Positions 10,986-21,232 of a stretch of DNA of 64,000 nucleotides are shown piece by piece. Positions within the stretch are counted from its first letter, which is position 1. Each line of letters starts with the position of its first letter. Both the position numbers and the translations under genes were made by a program. Source of the DNA: an uncultured Azospirillaceae bacterium (GTDB lineage: Bacteria; Pseudomonadota; Alphaproteobacteria; Rickettsiales; UBA3002); NCBI GenBank assembly GCA_964564675.1, contig CAZMBI010000005.1:126-64125 (forward strand), written 5' to 3'. The notes under the pieces were generated by a model. That model searched no databases, was not told the origin of the DNA, and worked only from the letters and a program-made list of their open reading frames with translations.

Positions 10986-12194
10986 ATGCCAACCACCAAC
11001 ACCTATTCCGGCCCTGACGAAAGCGGACATTTCGGCCTGTTCGGCGGACGCTATGTCGCTGAAACACTGATGCCGCTGATTCGCGAGGTTGAGCGTGAAT
11101 ACATCAAAGCCCGTGATGACGCCGCTTTCCAGGGCGAATTCAAGACATTCTGCGCGCACTTTATTGGCCGCCCCAGCCCATTATATTTCGCCGAGCGGCT
11201 GAGCGCGCACGCCGGAGGTGCACAGATTTACTTCAAGCGTGATGAGCTGAACCATACCGGCTCGCATAAGATTAATAACTGCATCGGCCAAATCCTACTG
11301 GCCAAACGCATGGGCAAGACGCGCATTATCGCCGAGACCGGCGCCGGTCAACACGGAGTGGCCACGGCCACGGTATGCGCGCGTTTCGGCCTGTCCTGCG
11401 TGATTTACATGGGCGCCAAGGATTGCGAGCGCCAGCAATCCAACCTGTTTCGCATGCGCCTGCTGGGCGCCGAAGTGGTGCCGGTCAGCGCCGGCGGGGC
11501 CACGCTGAAAGACGCCATGAACGAAGCCCTGCGCGACTGGGTGACACATGTCGATGATACCTATTACCTGATCGGCACCGCCGCCGGACCACACCCCTAC
11601 CCCATGATGGTGCGTGATTTTCAGTCGATCATTGGTCGCGAGCTGCACGAACAGACGCAGGCGCGCTTCGGCCGCCTGCCGGATACGCTGGTAGCGTGCC
11701 TGGGCGGCGGCTCCAACGCTATTGGTATGTTTCATCCCTTCCTGCATGATGAATCGGTCCGCTTAATCGCTGTGGAAGCCGCCGGCAAAGGGCTTGAAAC
11801 GGGAGAACACGCAGCCTCGCTTTCCGCCGGCCAGCCTGGTATTTTACACGGCGCACGGTCTTATCTGTTGCAAGACGCCGACGGGCAGGTTGAATCGACG
11901 CATTCCATTTCCGCCGGGCTCGATTATCCCGGCATCGGCCCGGAACATGCCTATCTTAAGGAATCGGGGCGGGTGCAATATGTCAGCGCCACCGATGCCG
12001 AAGCGCTAGCAGCATTTCAGGCCTGCGCCGCGCATGAGGGTATTTTACCAGCGCTGGAACCCTCGCACGCACTGGCGCATGTGTTGCAGATGGCGCCAAC
12101 GCTGGCGCAAGATCATATTCTGGTCATGAATCTCTGCGGCCGCGGTGATAAGGATATTGCATCCGTCGCAGAGGCATTGGAGGTAGAACTGTAA
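10986..12194 (+). CDS. trpB: Tryptophan synthase beta chain
   Basis: [28 protein letters not shown] (PLP lysine), GGGSNAIG. Confidence 0.96.
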   Translation: MPTTNTYSGPDESGHFGLFGGRYVAETLMPLIREVEREYIKARDDAAFQGEFKTFCAHFIGRPSPLYFAERLSAHAGGAQIYFKRDELNHTGSHKINNCIGQILLAKRMGKTRIIAETGAGQHGVATATVCARFGLSCVIYMGAKDCERQQSNLFRMRLLGAEVVPVSAGGATLKDAMNEALRDWVTHVDDTYYLIGTAAGPHPYPMMVRDFQSIIGRELHEQTQARFGRLPDTLVACLGGGSNAIGMFHPFLHDESVRLIAVEAAGKGLETGEHAASLSAGQPGILHGARSYLLQDADGQVESTHSISAGLDYPGIGPEHAYLKESGRVQYVSATDAEALAAFQACAAHEGILPALEPSHALAHVLQMAPTLAQDHILVMNLCGRGDKDIASVAEALEVEL

Positions 12195-12276
12195 ACCCAT
12201 CCATATCCCTTAAGGAGGAAGGGCGCACGCGCAGCGATCGGCCAAGCAGGCGCGCGGGGGCGCTAAACGAGAACAT

Positions 12277-13074
12277 ATGAAACGCCTGGAAACCACATGT
12301 CATCAGCTGAGCGCACAAGGCCGCGCCGGCTTTGTACCGTTCATCATGGGCGGAGATCCGGATGCTGCCACCTGCGCCGAGTTGTTGCGGCAACTGCCGG
12401 CGCATGGCGCGGATATCATCGAACTTGGTATGCCGTTTTCCGACCCAATGGCCGACGGCCCGGCCATTCAGGCCGCCGGGCTGCGCGCGCTGCAAAACGG
12501 CGTAACACTGCCAACAATCCTGCAACTCGTACGCGACTTCCGGCGCGATAATGACCATACCCCGATCATCCTGATGGGTTACGCCAACCCGATTTACCAT
12601 TATGGCAGCGAGCGATTCATGAAAGATGCCGGCAAAGCAGGGGTTGACGGGCTGATTATCGTCGATGCGCCGCTGGAGGAAATGGCGGAATTTGAACAGC
12701 CCGCCCGCGCCGCCGGACTAGATATGATTCGCCTGATCGCGCCCACCTCGCTTAATGCGCGGCTGGTGGATATTGCCCATGAGGCCAGCGGGTTTTTATA
12801 TTATATCTCGATGAAGGGCATCACCGGCTCACACGCCATCGATACCGCCACCTTACGCAACGCGATCGATACCATCCGCGAGCATTCGCGCCTGCCTATC
12901 GGCGTGGGCTTTGGTATCAGCACGGCGCAGGATGTGAAAGCGGTCGCCGGGATTGCCGATCTCGTGGTGGTCGGCTCGGCAATCGTGCGCGTGGTTGAGG
13001 CGAACCTGGATAAGCCGGATCTCAGCCAGCAGGTTTTGCAAGCTGTTGAAGACCTGGCACGCGCCGTTCGTTAA
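12277..13074 (+). CDS. trpA: Tryptophan synthase alpha chain
   Basis: FVPFIMGGDP, IELGMPFSDPMADGPAIQ, GFLYYISMKGITG, PIGVGFGIS. Confidence 0.95.
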   Translation: MKRLETTCHQLSAQGRAGFVPFIMGGDPDAATCAELLRQLPAHGADIIELGMPFSDPMADGPAIQAAGLRALQNGVTLPTILQLVRDFRRDNDHTPIILMGYANPIYHYGSERFMKDAGKAGVDGLIIVDAPLEEMAEFEQPARAAGLDMIRLIAPTSLNARLVDIAHEASGFLYYISMKGITGSHAIDTATLRNAIDTIREHSRLPIGVGFGISTAQDVKAVAGIADLVVVGSAIVRVVEANLDKPDLSQQVLQAVEDLARAVR

Positions 13075-13077
13075 CCT

Positions 13078-14253
13078 ATGACCTGTTCCATCTACATCAT
13101 CGCCGGCGAAGCCTCCGGTGATTTTATCGGCGGCGAGATCATGCGCGCGCTGCACGCCGAACAGCCGGCCACACGCTTTCATGGCATCGGCGGTGAACAG
13201 ATGCGTGCGGCTGGCCTTGCCTCTTTATTTCCCATCGAGGACATCGCGCTGATGGGATTTGCTGAAGTCGTGCCGCATATCCGGCGGCTCCGACGCCGTA
13301 TCCGCGAGACGGTGGCCGATATCCAGCGTATACGGCCCGATATCGTGCTGACCATCGACTCGCCGGGGTTTAATTTTCGCGTCGTGCAGTCGCTTAAACA
13401 CGCTGCCTTTAAAGCAGATACCCACCCAAAACTGATCCATGCCGTTGCACCGACCGTCTGGGCGTATAAGCCCGAACGCGCCCGAAAAACCGCCGACTTG
13501 TACGATCATTTACTGACCCTGTTACCGTTTGAACCGCCCTATTTCGAACGCGAAGGGCTTGCCACCACATATATCGGCCATGCCAAAGCCTGGGAGTGGC
13601 GCACCAAAGGAGATGCCGCCGCCTTTCGTGCACGCCGTGGGATAGACGAGACGGCGCTGACCATCGGCATGATGCCCGGCAGCCGGGACAATGAATTAAC
13701 GCGGCACCTGCCGGTATTTAAAGACGCACTCCGGCGGTTATATGCACACTATCCCCGGCTTGAGCTTATCGTCCCCATCCGCCCCGCCATGGAGTTCACC
13801 TTACGTGCGCAAACCGCTGACTGGCCGATGCCCATTCACCTCGTGGTGGGCGATGCGGAGAAAAAAAACGCCTTTGCCGCCTGCGAAGCGGCGCTGGCCA
13901 AATCAGGCACGATCAGCCTGGAGACGGTGCTCGCCGGGATTCCCACCATCACCGCCTATCGCGCGCATCCGTTGAGCGCCTGGCTTGTGCGGCGGATGAT
14001 TCGCATCCCCTATGCCAATCTGGTCAATATTATTGAGGGCCGCAAAGTGGTGCCCGAACTGCTCCAGGAACGCTGTACGCCGCAGGCCATCGCCGACAAT
14101 CTGCAGGCGCTCATCGAAAACGATACACTGCGTGCCGGGCAGTTAAGCGCTGGAATGGAGGTCGCTGCCAAACTGGGCGCGCACGAGGCGCTTTCCCCGG
14201 CGCAAAAGGCGGTCGAGATCATCATGCATTACTCTCCCGGAGGGGCAGCGTAA
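13078..14253 (+). CDS. lpxB: Lipid-A-disaccharide synthase
   Basis: IYIIAGEASGDFIGGEIMRAL...GIGG..M...G...LF...ALMGFAEV...IDSPGFNF, full-length LpxB-like. Starts 4 nt after trpA. Confidence 0.9.
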   Translation: MTCSIYIIAGEASGDFIGGEIMRALHAEQPATRFHGIGGEQMRAAGLASLFPIEDIALMGFAEVVPHIRRLRRRIRETVADIQRIRPDIVLTIDSPGFNFRVVQSLKHAAFKADTHPKLIHAVAPTVWAYKPERARKTADLYDHLLTLLPFEPPYFEREGLATTYIGHAKAWEWRTKGDAAAFRARRGIDETALTIGMMPGSRDNELTRHLPVFKDALRRLYAHYPRLELIVPIRPAMEFTLRAQTADWPMPIHLVVGDAEKKNAFAACEAALAKSGTISLETVLAGIPTITAYRAHPLSAWLVRRMIRIPYANLVNIIEGRKVVPELLQERCTPQAIADNLQALIENDTLRAGQLSAGMEVAAKLGAHEALSPAQKAVEIIMHYSPGGAA

Positions 14254-14260
14254 TAATGGA

Positions 14261-16399
14261 TTACCCTGCTCTCAGAAAGCGCAGGCTCGCATCATAATCA
14301 AACAGATACAGCAGGATACGCAGCGCCTGCCCGCGCGTACCGGCCAGCTCCGGGTCACGATGCATGAGTAGTTTCACATCATCGCGCGCTGCCAGCACTA
14401 AATCGCGGTGCAACGCCAGGTCAGCAAAGCAAAAGTCCGGCATACCACTTTGACGCGTGCCCAACGCATCCCCTGCCCCGCGTAGCCGCATATCCTCCTC
14501 GGCGATAGCAAAGCCGTCCTGAGAGTCACGGATGACCTTAAGCCGCTTTTTCGCGATGTCGCTGGCGTTTTCGGCATAAAGCAGCACACAGCTGGAGGGT
14601 TTGTCGCCGCGCCCTACCCGGCCGCGCAGTTGATGCAGCTGCGCCAGCCCAAAACGCTCGGCATGTTCGATCACCATGATAGTCGCCTCCGGCACATCGA
14701 CGCCGACTTCCACCACCGTGGTGGCTACCAAAATATCGTACGCATCGCCGGCAAAGCCTTGCATGGCCGCCTGACGTTCCGGTGCTTTTTGCTTACCGTG
14801 GGCAAGCGCGACGCGCTCACCGAATATCGCCTTAAACACTCGGTAGCGCTCTTCCGCCGCAGCGAGATCACCGGTTACCTGCTCCTTACCCTCCGTCTCT
14901 TCTACCAGCGGGCAAATCCAGTAAACCTTGGAGCCTTGCTCCAGCGCGCGACGCAACCCGTTGACCACTGCCTCCACGCGGGACAGCGGCACAACGCGCG
15001 TGTCAATCGGCTGGCGCATAGCCGGTTTTTCACGCAGGGCGGAGCTGTCCATATCGCCATAAGCGGTCAGCGCCAGACTGCGCGGGATGGGCGTAGCCGT
15101 CATCAGCAGCACATGCGGATGTTCGCCTTTGGCGGATAACGCCAACCGCTGGCCGACGCCGAAGCGGTGTTGTTCATCAATCACCACCATCCCCAGCCGG
15201 TCAAAGTGCACCGATTCCTGAAACAGGGCATGCGTACCGATAACGATATGCACCTCACCGGCTGCGATTGCCTCCAGCAATGCGCGCCGTTCGCCGCCTG
15301 ACAGCTTGCCGGTAAGCACCGCGATTTTGATTCCCAGCGCCGCCGTCAGGCGTGACAGGCTGTTGGCGTGCTGGCGGCCGAGAATTTCGGTAGGCACCAT
15401 CAGCGCCGCCTGATACCCGGCATCAATCACCGCAAGCATCGCCAGTAACGCAACCACGGTTTTACCGCTACCGACATCTCCCATCAGTAGGCGCAGCATA
15501 CGCTCACCCGAGGTCATATCGTGTATCATCTCGGCAAGCACCGCGTACTGCCCGTCGGTTAAAGCAAACGGCAACGCCTGCAACGCCTCCTCCTGCAGGC
15601 GAGATTCGGCTGATATGATGATACCGGATTGTTTATGATTACTGCGCCGGATCATGGTCAGTGCCAGTTGATTGGCGAGCAGCTCGTCATAGGCCAGCCG
15701 TTGAAAAGCCGGCCCATCGGCACCGATATCGGCCGGTGATTGCGGCTGATGCAGGCGTGTAAGCGCCATCACCCAGCCGGGCCAGTCTTGCTGGCGACGC
15801 ATCGTCTCATCCGTCCATTCCGGCAGTTCGGGTATCTGCGACAGCGCCTGCGCGATGAGGTGGCGCAGCGTTTTCATCCCCAGGCCATGGGTGAGCGGGT
15901 AGTTCGGCTCCAACCTGGCCACCTCTTGAAGTTTATCAAGCGGCGCAATCGCCTCGGGATGCACCATTTGTCGCATGCCGTCATACAGTTCGATCGTGCC
16001 GCTGATGACCCGTTTACCGCCCACCGGCAGCACCTGCTTGAGATAATCGGGTTTGGCGTTAAAAAAAACGAGCACCATGTCACCGGTTTCATCCGCACAG
16101 GTGATACGATAGGGCCCGCGGCGATGGCGCGGCGCAGCCTGATGCGCCTCTACCGTTACCGTTACTGTCACCGTCTGCTCAAGCGGCGCCGCCGCTAGTG
16201 TGGTGATATGGCGCCGATCGACCATACCGCTTGGCACATGAAACAACAGATCGCGGATGACGGGATTGGCGCGCGCACCGGATTCTTCCAGCACCGAATG
16301 ATAACCCAGCAGCCGCCGCAATGCCTCGCGCACGACCGGTCCCACCCCTTTCAAGGTGGCGACATCACGAAACAGCGGGTTGAGAATCGTCGGGCGCAT
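14261..16399 (-). CDS. recG: ATP-dependent DNA helicase RecG
   Basis: Wedge/OB domain plus SF2 helicase motifs (LMGDVGSGKT, VIDEQHRFGV, LLMTATPIPR, QLHQLRGRVGRG). Confidence 0.95.
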   Translation of the reverse strand: MRPTILNPLFRDVATLKGVGPVVREALRRLLGYHSVLEESGARANPVIRDLLFHVPSGMVDRRHITTLAAAPLEQTVTVTVTVEAHQAAPRHRRGPYRITCADETGDMVLVFFNAKPDYLKQVLPVGGKRVISGTIELYDGMRQMVHPEAIAPLDKLQEVARLEPNYPLTHGLGMKTLRHLIAQALSQIPELPEWTDETMRRQQDWPGWVMALTRLHQPQSPADIGADGPAFQRLAYDELLANQLALTMIRRSNHKQSGIIISAESRLQEEALQALPFALTDGQYAVLAEMIHDMTSGERMLRLLMGDVGSGKTVVALLAMLAVIDAGYQAALMVPTEILGRQHANSLSRLTAALGIKIAVLTGKLSGGERRALLEAIAAGEVHIVIGTHALFQESVHFDRLGMVVIDEQHRFGVGQRLALSAKGEHPHVLLMTATPIPRSLALTAYGDMDSSALREKPAMRQPIDTRVVPLSRVEAVVNGLRRALEQGSKVYWICPLVEETEGKEQVTGDLAAAEERYRVFKAIFGERVALAHGKQKAPERQAAMQGFAGDAYDILVATTVVEVGVDVPEATIMVIEHAERFGLAQLHQLRGRVGRGDKPSSCVLLYAENASDIAKKRLKVIRDSQDGFAIAEEDMRLRGAGDALGTRQSGMPDFCFADLALHRDLVLAARDDVKLLMHRDPELAGTRGQALRILLYLFDYDASLRFLRAG

Positions 16400-16411
16400 G
16401 GGCGGCGGGCA

Positions 16412-17338
16412 TCAGGGCACCTCCACGAGCACATTGCGTTCATCCCTCGCAATGGCGGCGGCTTCTTTTTCCACCAGCTGGATTAAATCAGCATTATCAA
16501 GATGTTCTTTAACGCTGGCAAAGGCCAGGCTGACCGTAACGGAAAAATCCGGTTTACCGCCGAAGGCTATGCGGTGCGAACTGATAAACCAGCGCAGGCG
16601 GTTTAACACCACCCGCACCGATTCAGGTTTAATATCCAGCAGGAAAAGCCCCAATGTCGAATCCGACAGGCGGCAGATAACATCTTCTTCACGAAATTTA
16701 CTGCGACAGCAGCGTACCACGTGCTGGATCAACTCCAGACAGGGCTCACGCCCGAAGCGATTCAGGCTTTTTTCATAACGATCAATCCGCAGCACGGCGA
16801 AGCACACATCCAGATCGTGGCTTTTCACATAGTTGCGAATCATTTCTAGATATTGCATGCAGGTATGCCGGTCGGGCAGCCCGGTTTCTTCATGCAGCGA
16901 GCGCACGCCGGCCAGATTGGAGTGAATAATCGTACGCAGCGAGCTTTCTTTGATCTGCCGGCGTTCATCCTTAAGTATGAGACGAAACCAGTGATGCTGG
17001 TCCTGCGCCGGACCGCGCACGAATTTGGCGGCCAGTCGCACCTCTTCGCCGCCGGCATGTTTTAAGCGAAAATCCTGCAGGCGTCCCAATATGTCATCAA
17101 GGTCTGAAGCGCCTTCTTCAAACTCCAGGTAATCCTCGATCGCCTCCACTCCCTTTTTGCCGAGAATGGTGAGGAAATCCACACCCTCAAGCTCGCGGGC
17201 GTCACGCCCCAGCAAATCTGCCGCCGCTGGGCTCACTTCGCGGATGGTTACCTTCCGTGCGCTGTTGTTCTGCGACAGGACGATATACGCAAGGGTATCT
17301 TCCCGGGCAGGGTTTAACTGGCTTGTCGCCTCGTTCAT
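16412..17338 (-). CDS. PAS-like sensor plus degenerate GGDEF domain protein (active site SDSTL, I-site RxxD retained)
   Basis: The C-terminal half aligns to GGDEF domains (EETGLPDRH..., FAVLRIDRYEKSLNRFG, FREEDVICRLSDSTLGLFLLD). REED lies exactly 5 residues upstream of the position where GG[DE]EF is replaced by SDSTL. The stop is 12 nt from the recG start. Confidence 0.7.
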   Translation of the reverse strand: MNEATSQLNPAREDTLAYIVLSQNNSARKVTIREVSPAAADLLGRDARELEGVDFLTILGKKGVEAIEDYLEFEEGASDLDDILGRLQDFRLKHAGGEEVRLAAKFVRGPAQDQHHWFRLILKDERRQIKESSLRTIIHSNLAGVRSLHEETGLPDRHTCMQYLEMIRNYVKSHDLDVCFAVLRIDRYEKSLNRFGREPCLELIQHVVRCCRSKFREEDVICRLSDSTLGLFLLDIKPESVRVVLNRLRWFISSHRIAFGGKPDFSVTVSLAFASVKEHLDNADLIQLVEKEAAAIARDERNVLVEVP

Positions 17339-17393
17339 GGCTTGATTCCTAAGGAAAGATCATTAAGTTGCTACTCTCGCAAGGAGAGCGAAA

Positions 17394-17687
17394 ATGTCAA
17401 TGAAAGAGTGCGCCGAAACGGCTCGCGCGCTGCGGATTAAGCGCCTACGTTACCAAAGCTGGCATCGCGGTTGCAAAGAAACCGATATGTTGCTGGGGCT
17501 GTATTGTGATCATTATTTACCGGGTCTGGGTGATGATGCGCTCGATCGTTATGAAGCTTTTTTAAATGAGTACGATGCCGATATCTGGGCCTGGGTGGCA
17601 TATAAAGAGCCCTGCCCCAAGCAGGAATATCAGCCACTTATTATCATATTACAATCGATTATACCGGATTCGCTCAAACCCGCATGA
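17394..17687 (+). CDS. sdhE: Succinate dehydrogenase flavinylation factor SdhE (DUF339/SDHAF2)
   Basis: RIKRLRYQSWHRGCKETDMLLG......FL...D.DIW.WV. ATGA overlap with mfd. Confidence 0.85.
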   Translation: MSMKECAETARALRIKRLRYQSWHRGCKETDMLLGLYCDHYLPGLGDDALDRYEAFLNEYDADIWAWVAYKEPCPKQEYQPLIIILQSIIPDSLKPA

Positions 17688-20600
17688 TGCCTGATATCTC
17701 CGCATTCGCTTCGCTTGAGCCAGCCGTCGAGGGGGCGGTCGACACGCTTGGCGGCATCCCGCTGAGCGCACAGGGTTATGTGCTGGCCGGTCTCGCCGAG
17801 AAAGACCGGCCCATTATCCATATCTGCCCGTCTGATCGCGACATGGAAACCACCGCCGCCGTCTGCCGGTTTTTTGCACCACAGCGGCCGGTTCTCACCT
17901 TTCCCGCCTGGGACTGTCTGCCCTATGACCGCGTGTCGCCCTCACATGCCATTGTCGCCCAGCGGATTAATACCCTGACGCAACTCGCCGCCGCCCACAC
18001 CCACGCACCGCGCACGTCATCCTTGGCAAATGAAGGAGGTGTGCCGCAACCGCCTCCCATCCTTATCACCACCATCGGCGCCGCCATACAGAAACTGCCG
18101 CCGCGCGAATGGCTCAGCGAAGTGAGCCTGGTCATCCGCACGGGCGAAACGCTTGATCGCGACCTGCTGGTGATGTTTTTAACCGGCAACGGTTATACCC
18201 GCGTCAGCAAAGTGATGGAGCCGGGAGAATTCGCCCTGCGCGGTGGGATTATCGACCTGTTTCCGCCGGGCCACGAGTATGCGGTGCGCATCGATTATTT
18301 CGGTGATGAGATCGAATCGCTCAAAACCTTCGATCCGCTCAGCCAGATTAGCAGCGGTACGCGTGACGAACTGACCCTGCAGCCCGTCGGCGAAGTTATG
18401 CTGCGTCAGGAGCATATCGAGCGCTTCCGCAGTGGCTATCGCGGGCGTTTTGGTGCAGTCACACAGGAAGATCCGTTATATGAATCGATTTCCGCCGGCC
18501 GCCGCTTTGCCGGAATGGAACACTGGCTACCGCTGTTTTATGAGCGGCTGGAAACGCTTTTTGATTATCTGCCGGAGGCGTTGATTACGATGGATGAACG
18601 CGCCCGGTCCACCCGCTATGACCGGCTGGAATTGCTGCAGGATTATTATCAGGCACGAGGCGCCGCGCGCCGTAAGAATGAACCGGCCTATCACCCCCTG
18701 CCGCCGGAAGAACTGTATTTGCTGGAAGATGCGTGGCAGCAACGGCTGGCGTCCCATTGCGTGCTGACATTTTCAGCGTTCCATCAGCAAACCACCGTGC
18801 ATGGAAATGGCGAGATAGGTATTAAACCTGCCCCTGATTTCTCCGCCATTCGCAAACAACCTGACGGCGATATATTTGCAGCCGTACATTCCGCCATTGC
18901 GGCACGTGACAAGCAGATCATGATCGCCTGCACCTCCCAGGGAAGCCTGGAACGTATTAAAAACATTCTGAAAGATCATCATATCCACGAAGACGCCGGT
19001 GCAGACCTCCCGCCACCTGCGGAACACAATCGGGAGCGCGTCTCATTCATTATTCTGCCCATCGAAAGCGGGTTTGAAACCGATCATTTATTCCTGCTGA
19101 CCGAACAGGATATTTTCGGTGAACGCATCATCCGCACGCAAAAACGCAAAAAACCCTCGGAAGCCTTCCTTGCCGAGGCCGCAGCCTTCAGCGAAGGGGA
19201 GCTGGTGGTTCATAAAGAGCACGGCATCGGCCGCTTTGACGGGCTGATCACCGTTGATGTGCATGGCGCACGGCATGATTGCCTGAAGCTGGTTTATGCC
19301 GGAGAAGATAAGCTCTTCCTGCCGGTGGAAAATATGGATGTGATCAGCCGCTTCGGCAGCGAATCCGAGGGCGTGCCGCTCGATAAGCTCGGTGGTGTCG
19401 CGTGGCAAAAGCGCAAGGCGGCGATGAAAAAGCGCCTCAAGCTTGCTGCCGAGCAATTGCTCAAAATCGCCGCCAAACGCGCCGAGCGGGAAGCGCCGAT
19501 ACTGGCGCCCAACCCGGGAGCTTACAGCGAGTTCTGTGCCCGCTTTCCCTATGTCGAAACCGATGATCAGCAATCTGCGATCGATGACGTACTCGCCGAT
19601 TTAGCGCAGCCCAAACCGATGGACCGGCTGATTTGCGGTGATGTCGGTTTCGGCAAAACCGAAGTCGCCCTGCGCGCGGCGTTCGCCGCGGTCAGTGCTG
19701 AGCAACCTGTGCAGGTAGTTGTGGTGGCGCCCACCACCCTGCTTGCCCGCCAACACGCCGAGAATTTCCGGGCGCGCTTTGAGGGGCTGCCCTACACCAT
19801 CCGCACGCTTTCGCGGCTGGTTTCCACCAAACAGGCCAACGACACCAGGCGCGAACTAGCCGAAGGCGGAGTGGATATCGTCGTCGGCACGCATGCCCTG
19901 CTTTCCAGGAAAATTGAATTCCACAATCTGGGCCTGGTGATCGTCGATGAAGAACAACATTTCGGCGTAGCGCAGAAAGAGCGGCTCAAACAGTTGCGCG
20001 CCAATGTCCACGTCCTGACTTTATCGGCCACTCCCATCCCGCGCACGTTGCAGCTTGCTTTATCCGGTGTGCGCGAACTCAGCCTGATCACCACGCCGCC
20101 GGTGGACCGGCTGGCGACTCGCAGTTTTGTCATGCCGTTTGACGGCATGGTCATCCGCGAGGCTATTCTGCGTGAGATGCATCGAGGCGGCAAAAGTTTT
20201 TATGTGACCCCGCGCATCAAACACATCAGCGAGCTGCGGCGCTCCCTGCAGGAGCTGGTGCCCGAGGTGAAGATTGCCGTCGCCCACGGGCAGATGGCGG
20301 CCAAAGAGCTCGATGACATTATGAACGCCTTTTATGACGGCCAGTATGACGTGCTGCTGTCCACCGCCATCATCGAATCCGGCCTCGATGTGCCAACCGC
20401 CAACACCATTATTGTCAATCATGCCGAAATGTTCGGCCTGGCACAGCTTTATCAGCTACGCGGGCGAGTCGGGCGCGGTAAAATCCGCGCTTATGCGTAT
20501 TTCACGCTACCCCACCGTAAAACGTTCACCGCGCAGGCTTATAAACGCCTCGAAGTGATGCAGACGCTCGATACGCTCGGCGCCGGGTTCACACTCGCCA

Positions 20601-21211
20601 GTCATGATATGGATATACGCGGTTTCGGCAATCTGTTGGGTGAGGAGCAATCCGGCCATGTACGGGAAGTGGGCGTGGAGCTGTATCAATCCATGCTGGA
20701 AGAGGCGATCACCACGTTACGCCGAGGCAAATCGCAGGATGAGGCCGCCGAAAGCGTGCATGACTGGAGCCCACAGATCAATCTTGGCCGCTCGGTGCTT
20801 ATTCCCGAATCCTATATCGAGGATCTGGATTTACGGCTAAGCCTCTATCGTCGGCTGGCCGCGCTTGAAACCCAGGAAGAAATCGAAAGCTTTGCCGCCG
20901 AGCTGATTGACCGCTTTGGCCCACTGCCAGCCGAAGTACGGCAGTTACTGGACGTGCTGCATATCAAACAATTGTGCAAGCAGGCGGGTGTCGAACGTAT
21001 TGATACCGGTCCCAAGGGTGCGGTCTTTACCTTTCGTGAGAATCGCTTCGCCAGGCCCGAAGCGCTGCTGCAATATATCGCCTCACACCCCAGGCACTTC
21101 AAGCTGCGCACTGACCACAAGCTGGTATATATGGATCGCTGGCAGTCCGAACAGGAGCGGTTTGATAAGATCAACCGCTCGGTGGAAGCCATCGCCCGGC
21201 TGGCGGCTTGA
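17684..21211 (+). CDS. mfd: Transcription-repair coupling factor
   Basis: 1175 aa with a UvrB-homology N-terminus, a CarD/RID domain (GELVVHKEHGIGRF), SF2 motifs (CGDVGFGKTEVA, VDEEQHFG, LSATPIPRT, QLRGRVGRG) and a TRG/D7 C-terminus. Confidence 0.96.
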   Translation: MMPDISAFASLEPAVEGAVDTLGGIPLSAQGYVLAGLAEKDRPIIHICPSDRDMETTAAVCRFFAPQRPVLTFPAWDCLPYDRVSPSHAIVAQRINTLTQLAAAHTHAPRTSSLANEGGVPQPPPILITTIGAAIQKLPPREWLSEVSLVIRTGETLDRDLLVMFLTGNGYTRVSKVMEPGEFALRGGIIDLFPPGHEYAVRIDYFGDEIESLKTFDPLSQISSGTRDELTLQPVGEVMLRQEHIERFRSGYRGRFGAVTQEDPLYESISAGRRFAGMEHWLPLFYERLETLFDYLPEALITMDERARSTRYDRLELLQDYYQARGAARRKNEPAYHPLPPEELYLLEDAWQQRLASHCVLTFSAFHQQTTVHGNGEIGIKPAPDFSAIRKQPDGDIFAAVHSAIAARDKQIMIACTSQGSLERIKNILKDHHIHEDAGADLPPPAEHNRERVSFIILPIESGFETDHLFLLTEQDIFGERIIRTQKRKKPSEAFLAEAAAFSEGELVVHKEHGIGRFDGLITVDVHGARHDCLKLVYAGEDKLFLPVENMDVISRFGSESEGVPLDKLGGVAWQKRKAAMKKRLKLAAEQLLKIAAKRAEREAPILAPNPGAYSEFCARFPYVETDDQQSAIDDVLADLAQPKPMDRLICGDVGFGKTEVALRAAFAAVSAEQPVQVVVVAPTTLLARQHAENFRARFEGLPYTIRTLSRLVSTKQANDTRRELAEGGVDIVVGTHALLSRKIEFHNLGLVIVDEEQHFGVAQKERLKQLRANVHVLTLSATPIPRTLQLALSGVRELSLITTPPVDRLATRSFVMPFDGMVIREAILREMHRGGKSFYVTPRIKHISELRRSLQELVPEVKIAVAHGQMAAKELDDIMNAFYDGQYDVLLSTAIIESGLDVPTANTIIVNHAEMFGLAQLYQLRGRVGRGKIRAYAYFTLPHRKTFTAQAYKRLEVMQTLDTLGAGFTLASHDMDIRGFGNLLGEEQSGHVREVGVELYQSMLEEAITTLRRGKSQDEAAESVHDWSPQINLGRSVLIPESYIEDLDLRLSLYRRLAALETQEEIESFAAELIDRFGPLPAEVRQLLDVLHIKQLCKQAGVERIDTGPKGAVFTFRENRFARPEALLQYIASHPRHFKLRTDHKLVYMDRWQSEQERFDKINRSVEAIARLAA

Positions 21212-21232
21212 GGCACGGCTGAGTGCCTACGC

